Positions 9,523 through 18,019 of a DNA stretch of 64,000 bases are shown one piece after another. Origin of the DNA: Terriglobia bacterium (GTDB lineage: Bacteria; Acidobacteriota; Terriglobia; 2-12-FULL-54-10); NCBI GenBank assembly GCA_963666975.2, contig CAXVYR010000004.1, forward strand, positions 32,001-96,000, written 5' to 3'. The translations under genes were made by a program, and so were the position numbers. The notes beneath the pieces are model-generated. The model worked only from the letters and a program-made list of their open reading frames with translations. It made no database searches and was not told where the DNA came from. How positions within the stretch are numbered: position 1 is the first letter of the stretch; the number at the start of each line of letters is the position of its first letter.

Positions 9523-9738
9523 GCGAGAACCATCATGCGAGAACCATCGGCCTGCACCAACAGGCTCAAGGTGAGTATCCAGTGTCTGAACAAGCATTCG
9601 CCACAGAGTCACCAAGGCGCAGAGTAGCAACACCGTTGGACAAACCAACCGAAAAGCAGGTTATCCGTGCCAGCCAGGCTCAGCACCTTCTCCGGCGGCA
9701 TTTTCTATTTTCCTCTCCGTGTCTCCATGGCTCCGTGG

Positions 9739-11169
9739 CTAACGGCCCGTTCCGCGAACAACCGGAGCTTCCAGTGATTTACCGGCGCTCTGGCGCAGAT
9801 AATCCAGAAAATTTTCTCCTACTTTCCAGACGCTGCCCGCTCCGAGCGTCAGCAGCAGATCGCCGGGCTGGACGGTTTCAGAAAGCCGCTTCAGCAGATT
9901 ATCACCGGCAGGCAGATACTCCGCCTTGGAGTGGCCCGCTTGGCGCATCCGCTCAACCAACGCTTTGGCCGAGACGCCTTGAATCGGCGGTTCTCCCGCC
10001 GGGTAAATATCCAGAACAAACAGAGAATCACAGTGAGTAAAGCACGCGGCAAAATCATCGAGCAACAGCGCCGTCCGCGAGTACCGATGCGGCTCAAAAA
10101 CCACGATCACGCGGCGGTAATCGCAATCGCTAGCGGCATCGAGCGTGGCGCGAATCTCGGTGGGATGATGCCCATAGTCATCGACCACCGTAATGCCGTT
10201 CACCCTTCCCCTCACCTGGAAGCGGCGCTCCACGCCGCCAAAGGCGGCCAGCCCCTGGCGAATTTTTTCCGGCTCCAGCTTCAATTCAAGCCCCACGGCG
10301 ACGGCAGCCATGGCGTTCAGGACGTTGTGCCGTCCGGGCATTTGCAGGGTAAACAGGCCCATGTCCGCTCCCCGGAATTTCAAACGGAACTGGGAATGGA
10401 AATGTCCGCAGAGAATATCCTCAGCCAATAAATCCGGCGGCGCACCCTCGCGGGCGGCTGTCCCGTAGGTCACCACCCGGCGAGTCGTGTGCGGCAGAAT
10501 GGCGCGGATATTTTCCTCGTCCAGGCACGCGATGGAAGCCCCGTAGAAAGGAACCTGATTGGCAAACTGCGCATACGCCCGGCGAAGCTCCTCGAGCGAT
10601 CCGTAACAATCCAGATGCTCGCGGTCAATTGAGGTGATGACGGCGAGGATCGGAGCCAAGTGCAGAAACGAGCGGTCGCTTTCATCCGACTCCACCACCA
10701 TGAAATCCCCGTTGCCGAGCCTGGCGTTGCTGCCCATGCTGTTCACGCGGCCGCCCACCACCAGGGTGGGGTCCAGCTCCGCTGCCGCCAGCACGGCGGC
10801 CACCATGGAGGTGGTGGTGGTCTTGCCGTGGCTACCCGCTATAGCAATTCCGAATTTCAGGCGCATCAACTCCGCCAGCATTTCTCCCCGCGCAATGACG
10901 GGAATTTGCAGGCGGCGGGCTTCTGCTATTTCCGGGTTGCCGGCCCTGACGGCCGAACTGGTCACCACGGCCTCGGCTCCGTCGACGTGGCTGGAATGAT
11001 GGCCCTCATGGATGCGCGCGCCGAGTTGCTCCAGACGGTCGGTAACCGGAGAGAGCTTCCAATCGGAGCCGGAGACCTCGTAACCGAGATTCAGCAGCAC
11101 CTCGGCGATGCCGCTCATGCCGATGCCTCCAATGCCTATAAAGTGAACGCGCCGGGCCGTAAAGAACAT
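9739..11169 (-). CDS. murC: UDP-N-acetylmuramate--L-alanine ligase
   Basis: HFIGIGGIGMSGIA, GSHGKTTT, DDYGHHPTE. Confidence 0.98.
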   Translation of the reverse strand: MFFTARRVHFIGIGGIGMSGIAEVLLNLGYEVSGSDWKLSPVTDRLEQLGARIHEGHHSSHVDGAEAVVTSSAVRAGNPEIAEARRLQIPVIARGEMLAELMRLKFGIAIAGSHGKTTTTSMVAAVLAAAELDPTLVVGGRVNSMGSNARLGNGDFMVVESDESDRSFLHLAPILAVITSIDREHLDCYGSLEELRRAYAQFANQVPFYGASIACLDEENIRAILPHTTRRVVTYGTAAREGAPPDLLAEDILCGHFHSQFRLKFRGADMGLFTLQMPGRHNVLNAMAAVAVGLELKLEPEKIRQGLAAFGGVERRFQVRGRVNGITVVDDYGHHPTEIRATLDAASDCDYRRVIVVFEPHRYSRTALLLDDFAACFTHCDSLFVLDIYPAGEPPIQGVSAKALVERMRQAGHSKAEYLPAGDNLLKRLSETVQPGDLLLTLGAGSVWKVGENFLDYLRQSAGKSLEAPVVRGTGR

Positions 11170-11232
11170 CTCGTCTGCCTAAGCTAGCTCCTTTTTTGCT
11201 AAAAGCAGGTTCATAACCTGTTTTCAGAGATT

Positions 11233-11332
11233 GTCAGGGCACGGTTTCAACCGTGCCGGAAAACGCTCCAACCTCAGTGGCTTAAGCCGCTGAGGTGCTA
11301 TCCTGAAGGCACGACTAAAGTCGTGCCCTGAC
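11233..11332. repeat. REP/MITE-like palindromic element (family B) between murG and murC
   Basis: Perfect 11-bp terminal IR GTCAGGGCACG/CGTGCCCTGAC enclosing three palindromes (GGCACGGTTTCAACCGTGCC, CCTCAGTGGCTTAAGCCGCTGAGG, GGCACGACTAAAGTCGTGCC). Confidence 0.85.
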
Positions 11333-11379
11333 GGGACAAAGTTAGTGATGAAACAGTTTGTAAACAATCCCATCACCCC

Positions 11380-12465
11380 CTAGCCTCCGCTATGCAGCCG
11401 GGCCAGCCGTTCCAACTCATCCGCAATGCGCGAGGCCGTTTCCGGATGCGCCGTGGAGCGGATGCGCGACTCCATTTGCTCCAGCCGTTCGGGTTCTCCG
11501 AGCAATTCCTGGAGCACTGCGAAAAACCTCTCCCCGGTCAGTTCCCGGTCCGGAATCAGGCGCGCCGCGCCAATGTCGGCAAGAGCCCGTGCATTGCGCA
11601 ACTGATGCTGGTTGGCGGCGCTGGGAAAGGGCACCAGAACCGCAGCCCTGCCCGCCGCAGCCAACTCCGCCAGCGTATTGGCCCCAGCGCGGCAAACCAC
11701 CACATCCGCGCTGGCAAAAGCCTTCGGCATTTCCTCGATATAGGGGAGAACCTCGGCGCAGAGCGAATGTTTTTCATACTCTTGCTTCACTGCATTATAT
11801 TCACTTTGTCCGGTTTGATGCACGAGGAATAGATTCTCCTTGTTCCGGGCCAGCAGCGGCAAGGCTTCCACCGCCGCCCGGTTCAGCGACCGTGCGCCCT
11901 GGCTTCCTCCGAAGATGAGCACCGTAAAGGGCGGGTGATGGCGCTTCGGCTCCGCCGAAAAAAACTCCCGCCGCACAGGGACTCCCACCACCGAGGGCGC
12001 CGCCGAGGCAAAGCAGGAAGCCGTCTGGGGAAAAGCCAGGAAAGCGCTCGTTACATAAGGAGCAGCCCAGCGGTTTGCCAAGCCGGGAAACGCGTTGGGC
12101 TCAAGCGCCGCCAGGGGAATCCCGGCAATGCCCGCGGCCAGCATCACAGGCCCTGCCGCGTATCCTCCGATTCCCAACACCACGTCGGGCTGGAATTTTT
12201 CCTGGAGCCGGGAAGCTTGCCACAAGGCGCGCGGCAGACTGAGAAAATTGAGCAGACGGGTCACAGGCGGCTGCCCTTGCAGCGCGCCGACCTCCACCCA
12301 CTCCAGCGGGAAGCCGGCTGCGGGCACCAGTTTGTTTTCCACTCCCCGGGCCGTGCCGACAAAAAGCACCTGGTGCGACGGGTTGCGCTCGGAAAGTTCC
12401 TGGGCCACTACTAAGGCGGGGATGACATGGCCCCCCGTTCCGCCCGCAGCCAGCAGGAATCTCAT
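11380..12465 (-). CDS. murG: MurG glycosyltransferase
   Basis: GGTGGHV, GGSQGAR, HQLRNA. Confidence 0.98.
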   Translation of the reverse strand: MRFLLAAGGTGGHVIPALVVAQELSERNPSHQVLFVGTARGVENKLVPAAGFPLEWVEVGALQGQPPVTRLLNFLSLPRALWQASRLQEKFQPDVVLGIGGYAAGPVMLAAGIAGIPLAALEPNAFPGLANRWAAPYVTSAFLAFPQTASCFASAAPSVVGVPVRREFFSAEPKRHHPPFTVLIFGGSQGARSLNRAAVEALPLLARNKENLFLVHQTGQSEYNAVKQEYEKHSLCAEVLPYIEEMPKAFASADVVVCRAGANTLAELAAAGRAAVLVPFPSAANQHQLRNARALADIGAARLIPDRELTGERFFAVLQELLGEPERLEQMESRIRSTAHPETASRIADELERLARLHSGG

Positions 12466-12489
12466 AGTTCCGTTTCCATCCGCCTATCG

Positions 12490-13581
12490 TTATTCTGTGT
12501 GTTGGGTAACGTTCAGCAGGATTCCGGTAGCAACCATGCTGAAAAACAGGGAGCTCCCCCCGTAGCTGATAAAAGGCAGCGGGATGCCTTTCGGGGGAAT
12601 CAAACCCAGCACTACGCTTATATTCACAAGGGCCTGGCCCACCACCATGCAGGTTAACCCGGCGGCCAGGTAACGCCCGAAATCATCCGGCGCCAGCAGG
12701 CTCGCGCGCCATCCGCGCCAAAAATACAGGCCGAACAGGCCCAGCAGCAGCGCGGCTCCTCCCAGCCCCAGCTCTTCGGCCGTCACAGAGAAAATAAAAT
12801 CGGTATGCGGAGCCGGCAGAAAAAACAGTTTTTGCTTTCCGTTCATCAAGCCCAACCCGGTCAGCCCGCCGGTCCCCACGGCGATAAAAGATTGGATGAT
12901 TTGAAACCCGCTCCCTTGGGGATCGGCATAGGGATCGAGAAACGCCAGGATGCGGTTGCGGCGGTAGCCGACTTGAAAAATCAAAAGGTAGAGCGCGGGC
13001 AGACTGGCCAGCAACAGATACGCGAAATACCGCAGGTGCAGACCCGCCAGGAAAAACATCACCGCCGCGATCAGCACAATGACAATGGGCGTTCCCAGGT
13101 CCGACTCCCGCAGGATCAAGCCCACCACCAGGCCTACCAAGGCAAGGGCGGGCAATAAGGTGCGGGTAAAATCATTGATGTATTGGCGGCGTTTCTCCAG
13201 AAAGTATGCCAAAAACAAAACCAGCATCAGCTTGGCGAACTCCGACGGTTGCAGTGAAAAAGACCCCCACCGGAGCCACCGGTTGGTTTGTTGATGAGCG
13301 TCGGTCATCAGCACGACAGCCAGCAGCACAAAAGCGAGAAATATGCCGGGGAAAATGACGGACGGGTGCCGCAGGTGACGATAATCGAGACGCATCATCA
13401 GCAGCATCGCCGCCATCCCCAATCCAGCCCATGCCATTTGCCGCCAAAAAAAGGTGGGGGGGCTCCCGTACTGGTCGGTGGCCAGGAGCGCGGAACTGCT
13501 GAAGACCATCACCAACCCGAAGAAAACCAGCGAGAGGGTCACGGTAAACAAAATGCGGTCGGTTGAATAACGCTTGGCCAT
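12490..13581 (-). CDS. ftsW: SEDS peptidoglycan polymerase FtsW
   Basis: QPSEFAK, PAPHTDFIF, LPFISYGGSS; multi-TM. Confidence 0.97.
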   Translation of the reverse strand: MAKRYSTDRILFTVTLSLVFFGLVMVFSSSALLATDQYGSPPTFFWRQMAWAGLGMAAMLLMMRLDYRHLRHPSVIFPGIFLAFVLLAVVLMTDAHQQTNRWLRWGSFSLQPSEFAKLMLVLFLAYFLEKRRQYINDFTRTLLPALALVGLVVGLILRESDLGTPIVIVLIAAVMFFLAGLHLRYFAYLLLASLPALYLLIFQVGYRRNRILAFLDPYADPQGSGFQIIQSFIAVGTGGLTGLGLMNGKQKLFFLPAPHTDFIFSVTAEELGLGGAALLLGLFGLYFWRGWRASLLAPDDFGRYLAAGLTCMVVGQALVNISVVLGLIPPKGIPLPFISYGGSSLFFSMVATGILLNVTQHTE

Positions 13582-13713
13582 CCTTATTTCTTTTTCCTCA
13601 TCCTCTTTCCCCTTTTCTTTTTTCCTTTTCCGCCGTCCTGATGCAGAACCGGATTGCGCGGGCGGCCTGCTGACTAACGCAGCTTTTTATCGCAACTTCT
13701 TAACGTAACGTTT

Positions 13714-14847
13714 TCAACGCAGCTTCAGCGTGGAAAGCGAGAACAACGCCAGCACCAAAGCCGCAATCCAGAAGCGGATGATGACCTTGGACTCGCTCCA
13801 GCCCTTCATCTCAAAGTGGTGATGCAACGGAGCCATATGGAACAGCCGCCGTCCCCACAATTGAAAGGAAGCCACCTGCAAGATCACCGACACAGCTTCG
13901 GCCACAAAGACTCCCGCGATCAGCAGCAGCAAAATCTCCTGCTTGATGATGACGGCCACCGTGCCGATGGCGCCTCCCAGGGCGAGGGAACCCACGTCGC
14001 CCATGAAGATCTCCGCCGGGTGAGAGTTGTACCAGAGGAAACCCATGCAGGCTCCGACCATCGCGCCGCAAAAGACGGTCACCTCCGCCACCTGCGGAAT
14101 GTATTGCAGCTCCAGGTAGCGGGCAAAGACGGCGTGTCCGGTGACGTAGCACAGGACGGTCAGCGCTCCGGCGGCGACGATGCTGCAACCGGCCGCCAGC
14201 CCGTCCAGCCCATCGGTGAGGTTGACGGCGTTGCTGGCCCCGACGACGACCAGCACTACAAACAGGAGGAAGAAACTAAAGGCCAGCGGATAAGTGTACG
14301 GATTTCCCATCAGGCTGTGGATCAGCAGGTCCGGCGTGAAGCTTTTGAAGAACGGCACGCTCAGGTTCGTCAAGTAGTTCCCCCGTATGGTCAAAAAGAC
14401 CAGCCCCATCCCCACCAGAAAACTGATCAGGATTTGCAGATAGAGCTTGGTTCTGCCGGAGAGACCCTGGCTGCGCTGGCGGCGAACCTTGTAGTAGTCG
14501 TCCAGGAATCCTACCAACGCGAACCCCAGCGTGGCCAGGATCACCATCCACACCAGGACATTCGAGAGATTTGCCCACAGCAACGTCGGCACCAGGATAG
14601 CCACGTTGATCAGGACGCCCCCCATGGTCGGGGTCCCGGCCTTATCCTGGTGCGAACGGGGTCCCTCTTCCCGAATGTACTGCCCGATCTGAAATTCCTT
14701 CAGGCGCGCGATGAGCCAGGGACCTACCACCAGGCAAATCAGCAGAGCCGTCATGCTGGCGAAGGCAGTCCGGAAGGTCACGTACCGAAAGACACGGAAC
14801 GGCGTGAAATAAGGGAAAAGCTGCTCGAAAAAAAGATAGTAAAGCAC
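13714..14847 (-). CDS. mraY: Phospho-N-acetylmuramoyl-pentapeptide transferase
   Basis: TPTMGG, NAVNLTDGLDGL, FMGDVG, APLHHHFE; GTG start at 14847. Confidence 0.98.
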   Translation of the reverse strand: MLYYLFFEQLFPYFTPFRVFRYVTFRTAFASMTALLICLVVGPWLIARLKEFQIGQYIREEGPRSHQDKAGTPTMGGVLINVAILVPTLLWANLSNVLVWMVILATLGFALVGFLDDYYKVRRQRSQGLSGRTKLYLQILISFLVGMGLVFLTIRGNYLTNLSVPFFKSFTPDLLIHSLMGNPYTYPLAFSFFLLFVVLVVVGASNAVNLTDGLDGLAAGCSIVAAGALTVLCYVTGHAVFARYLELQYIPQVAEVTVFCGAMVGACMGFLWYNSHPAEIFMGDVGSLALGGAIGTVAVIIKQEILLLLIAGVFVAEAVSVILQVASFQLWGRRLFHMAPLHHHFEMKGWSESKVIIRFWIAALVLALFSLSTLKLR

Positions 14848-14864
14848 TGGATCGCACCTAATTG

Positions 14865-16340
14865 TTAACGCCGGGGCAAAGTGTTCCTTTGCCAGACCTC
14901 CCACACTCTTTCCAGATGCACCGCCCGCGAAGCCTTCAACAACACCGCATCTCCCTCCCGCCATCGGTCCTGTAACTCTTGCGCCGCTTCTTCGGCGGAA
15001 TCAAAATGAGCCAGAGCTTCCGGACGCAGCCCGGCCGCTCGCGCACCGTCGGCAAAAGGCCGCGCGCCGTCGCCGACCGTAAAGAGACCGTCAAAGGAAA
15101 GCTCGCCCAGCCGCTGGCCACAGCGATAATGCAGCGTCTCAGCAGACGGACCTAACTCCCGCATCTCCCCCAGAACCGCAAAGCGCCGCCGGGCGTCGAG
15201 CGAGGCGACGGAAACCAGCATCGCCTCGAGCGCTTCCGGGTTGGAGTTGTAGCAATCGTTCACCACTATCGCCCCGTTCGCCAGCCGAACTATCTCGCCG
15301 CGCATGGGAGAGGGCCGCAAGGATTGGACGGCTTCCCGCAAGGATGCCGGCGGCAGGCCGAAGCAATAACAGGCAGCCAGAGCGGCCAGCAGATTGAGCA
15401 CATTGTGCCGTCCGAGCAAAGGCAGGTGAAAGGGCTCAGCGGAAGACTCCTCCGGCGCCGTGGCTCGGGACGGCGTTTTTTCTTTCCAGGCCAAACCCGG
15501 AGGCACAGCCTGAAACGGCTTTGCCGGCACAGTGAACCGAAATCCTCCGCTGCCGTTTCGTTCCAGGTCCTGCGCCTGGAAATGGGCTGGCCCCGAAAAG
15601 CCGAAGTAAAGGACACGGCCTGGAAGCCGTTCGCCGAAAGAGCAAACCCGTGGGTCCTCCGCGTTGAGAACGGCCCATGCATGGAACCCGAGCGCCTCAA
15701 TCAACTCGAGCTTGGCGCGAGCAATGGCCTCGACATCCGGGAAAAACTCCAGGTGAACGGCGCTGACGTTGGTCACGACCCCCACGTCGGGAGCCGCCAG
15801 CCCTGCCAGCAACCGAATCTCGCCGGGGCCGGACATGCCCATCTCAAAAACGCCCACCTCGGTTTCCGGTTGCAGGCGCAGCAGCGAAAGCGGCAGACCA
15901 AAGTGGTTGTTGAGGTTCCCCTCGCTGGCCAGCACTCGAAAGCGCGTGCCGAGCAGCGAGGCGATCATCTGCTTGGTAATGGTCTTCCCGGCGCTGCCCG
16001 TCACGGCCACCAGCGGCCCTCCCCAACGGCGGCGCACTGCTGCTGCCAGCCTTTGCAGCGCTTCCAGAGGATTCTGCACCCCGAGTAGTTTCGCCTGGCT
16101 GCCGGCCGGGAAATCCTTGCGGCGGGAGAAGTCGACCACCGCGCCTGCGGCCCCGGCTGCCAGCGCTGCCGAAACAAAAGCATGGCCGTCCAACCTTTGT
16201 CCTGGAACGGCGAAAAACAGCTCCCCCGGCTGAATCGTCCGCGAGTCGATGGAATAACCCGTCGCCCGCAAATTTGGCTGTGAGGGCGGCGCTGTCTCCA
16301 TCATCATCATCCGGGCAATTTCACCGAAGCTGAGTTCCAT
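14865..16340 (-). CDS. murF: UDP-MurNAc-tripeptide--D-Ala-D-Ala ligase
   Basis: TGSAGKT, NDCYNSNP, LLKASR. Confidence 0.96.
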   Translation of the reverse strand: MELSFGEIARMMMMETAPPSQPNLRATGYSIDSRTIQPGELFFAVPGQRLDGHAFVSAALAAGAAGAVVDFSRRKDFPAGSQAKLLGVQNPLEALQRLAAAVRRRWGGPLVAVTGSAGKTITKQMIASLLGTRFRVLASEGNLNNHFGLPLSLLRLQPETEVGVFEMGMSGPGEIRLLAGLAAPDVGVVTNVSAVHLEFFPDVEAIARAKLELIEALGFHAWAVLNAEDPRVCSFGERLPGRVLYFGFSGPAHFQAQDLERNGSGGFRFTVPAKPFQAVPPGLAWKEKTPSRATAPEESSAEPFHLPLLGRHNVLNLLAALAACYCFGLPPASLREAVQSLRPSPMRGEIVRLANGAIVVNDCYNSNPEALEAMLVSVASLDARRRFAVLGEMRELGPSAETLHYRCGQRLGELSFDGLFTVGDGARPFADGARAAGLRPEALAHFDSAEEAAQELQDRWREGDAVLLKASRAVHLERVWEVWQRNTLPRR

Positions 16341-16348
16341 GGACGCTT

Positions 16349-17872
16349 CTACTTCCCCGCCGATTGTCCATTCGACTTTGCCTGCTCGATATTAAATCCA
16401 AGCCCGCGCAGGACTTTCCGGGCTACCTCCCGGTCGTCAAAGGGAAGCCTTTGATCTTGAATAATCTGACAAGTCTCGTGCCCTTTGCCTGCCAGCCACA
16501 CGGTGTCACCCGCGCGCGCCTCCCGCAGGGCCATCTCAATGGCCCGCGCACGATCCGGCTCCACCGTGTAGTTCGCCTTCACTTTTTGCAAGCCGACGAT
16601 CACGTCATTCAGAATCCGGATCGGGTCCTCCGAGCGTGGATTGTCGGAGGTGAGCACGACCCAATCGCACTCTCCGGCCGCCATGCCCATCAAAGGCCGC
16701 TTGGCGCGGTCTCTGTCTCCACCGCAGCCGAACACCAAAATAACCCGGCCCTGGTTTGTCAATTCCCGCGCAGAGGAAAGCAGGTTTCGCAGGGCGTCCT
16801 CGGTGTGGGCATAGTCGACAAAGACACGAAAAGGCTGCCCCTGATCGACGGCCTCCAAGCGGCCAGGGACACGCACCGGCAGGATTCCCTGCGCAATGGC
16901 CTCCGGGGAGACGTCGAAAGTAAGCGCCGCGGCGATGGCGGCGAGCAGATTATAAACATTGTGGCGGCCCAGCAATGGCGAGCGGACTTCCACGGGACCC
17001 GCAGGCGTCGCCGCCGTGAATTCCAGCCACTCCCGGCTCCCTGCCCATTTCCGGACGGTGACATCGGCCTTCGCTTCCACCGCATAGGTCATCACGCGGC
17101 TGCCCGGCTTGCTGCGCAGCGTGGAAGAGCGAGGGTCATCTACATTGAGAACCGCGAATGCCGGCGCTTCGCTTTCCGGGGAAGCGAGAAAAAGCTTCTC
17201 CTTGGCGGCAAAATATCTCTCCTGATCCCCGTGGAAATCCAGGTGGTCGCGGGAAAAATTGGTGAAGACGGCGGCATGGAACGAGCAGCCCGTGACGCGC
17301 TCCAGCTCCAGCGCGTGCGAGGAAACTTCCATCACCGTGGACCGTCCTCCCTCATCGGCAATCTCCCGCAACATTTTCTGAAGATCCAAAGACTCCGGGG
17401 TCGTGTTCGGAGCAGGCCGGCGCTTCTCCCCGGAACCCAAGCGGTAATCGATGGTCCCGAGCAGGCCGGGTTTCCAGCCGGCAACTTCCAGAATGGAGGC
17501 CAGCACAAAGGCCGCCGTGGTTTTGCCGTTCGTCCCGGTGATGCCAACCAGTTTGATCTGCCGGGACGGATACCCATAAAACCGGCTCGCCGCCAGGGCC
17601 AGCGTCCTACGGACATTGGCGACCTGAATCCATGCAGAGGGCCCCGCAACCAGTTTTTCAGTCGGCGGGGACTCGCTGACAACAGCAGCGGCGCCCCGGC
17701 TCAGCGCTTCCGGGATGAAGCGGCTTCCGTCTTGTTCAAAGCCGCGAATGGCAAAAAAAACCTGCCCCGGCGAAACGCGCCGGGAGTGATACTCCAAGCC
17801 GGTGACCGGCAACTCGCGGTTGCCGAAAATCCGGACTCCAGAGACCGGCTGAAAAAACTCCTGAAGGTTCAT
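16349..17872 (-). CDS. murE: UDP-MurNAc-L-Ala-D-Glu--meso-DAP ligase
   Basis: TGTNGKTT, MEVSSH, VDYAHT, DNPR (mDAP-specific); start ATG 17872. Confidence 0.97.
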   Translation of the reverse strand: MNLQEFFQPVSGVRIFGNRELPVTGLEYHSRRVSPGQVFFAIRGFEQDGSRFIPEALSRGAAAVVSESPPTEKLVAGPSAWIQVANVRRTLALAASRFYGYPSRQIKLVGITGTNGKTTAAFVLASILEVAGWKPGLLGTIDYRLGSGEKRRPAPNTTPESLDLQKMLREIADEGGRSTVMEVSSHALELERVTGCSFHAAVFTNFSRDHLDFHGDQERYFAAKEKLFLASPESEAPAFAVLNVDDPRSSTLRSKPGSRVMTYAVEAKADVTVRKWAGSREWLEFTAATPAGPVEVRSPLLGRHNVYNLLAAIAAALTFDVSPEAIAQGILPVRVPGRLEAVDQGQPFRVFVDYAHTEDALRNLLSSARELTNQGRVILVFGCGGDRDRAKRPLMGMAAGECDWVVLTSDNPRSEDPIRILNDVIVGLQKVKANYTVEPDRARAIEMALREARAGDTVWLAGKGHETCQIIQDQRLPFDDREVARKVLRGLGFNIEQAKSNGQSAGK

Positions 17873-18019
17873 TCTATTTGGACCGCTTGAACAGCATGAG
17901 CCGCTGTATCGGATATGCGGGGGGGCGCTGAAACCCCAGCTTCCCGCAACCGGCGCGCTCCTCGCTGGCTGGAAAGACAAAGCAACACGTTCGATTATAC
18001 CTCCTGACCCCATCCCCGG

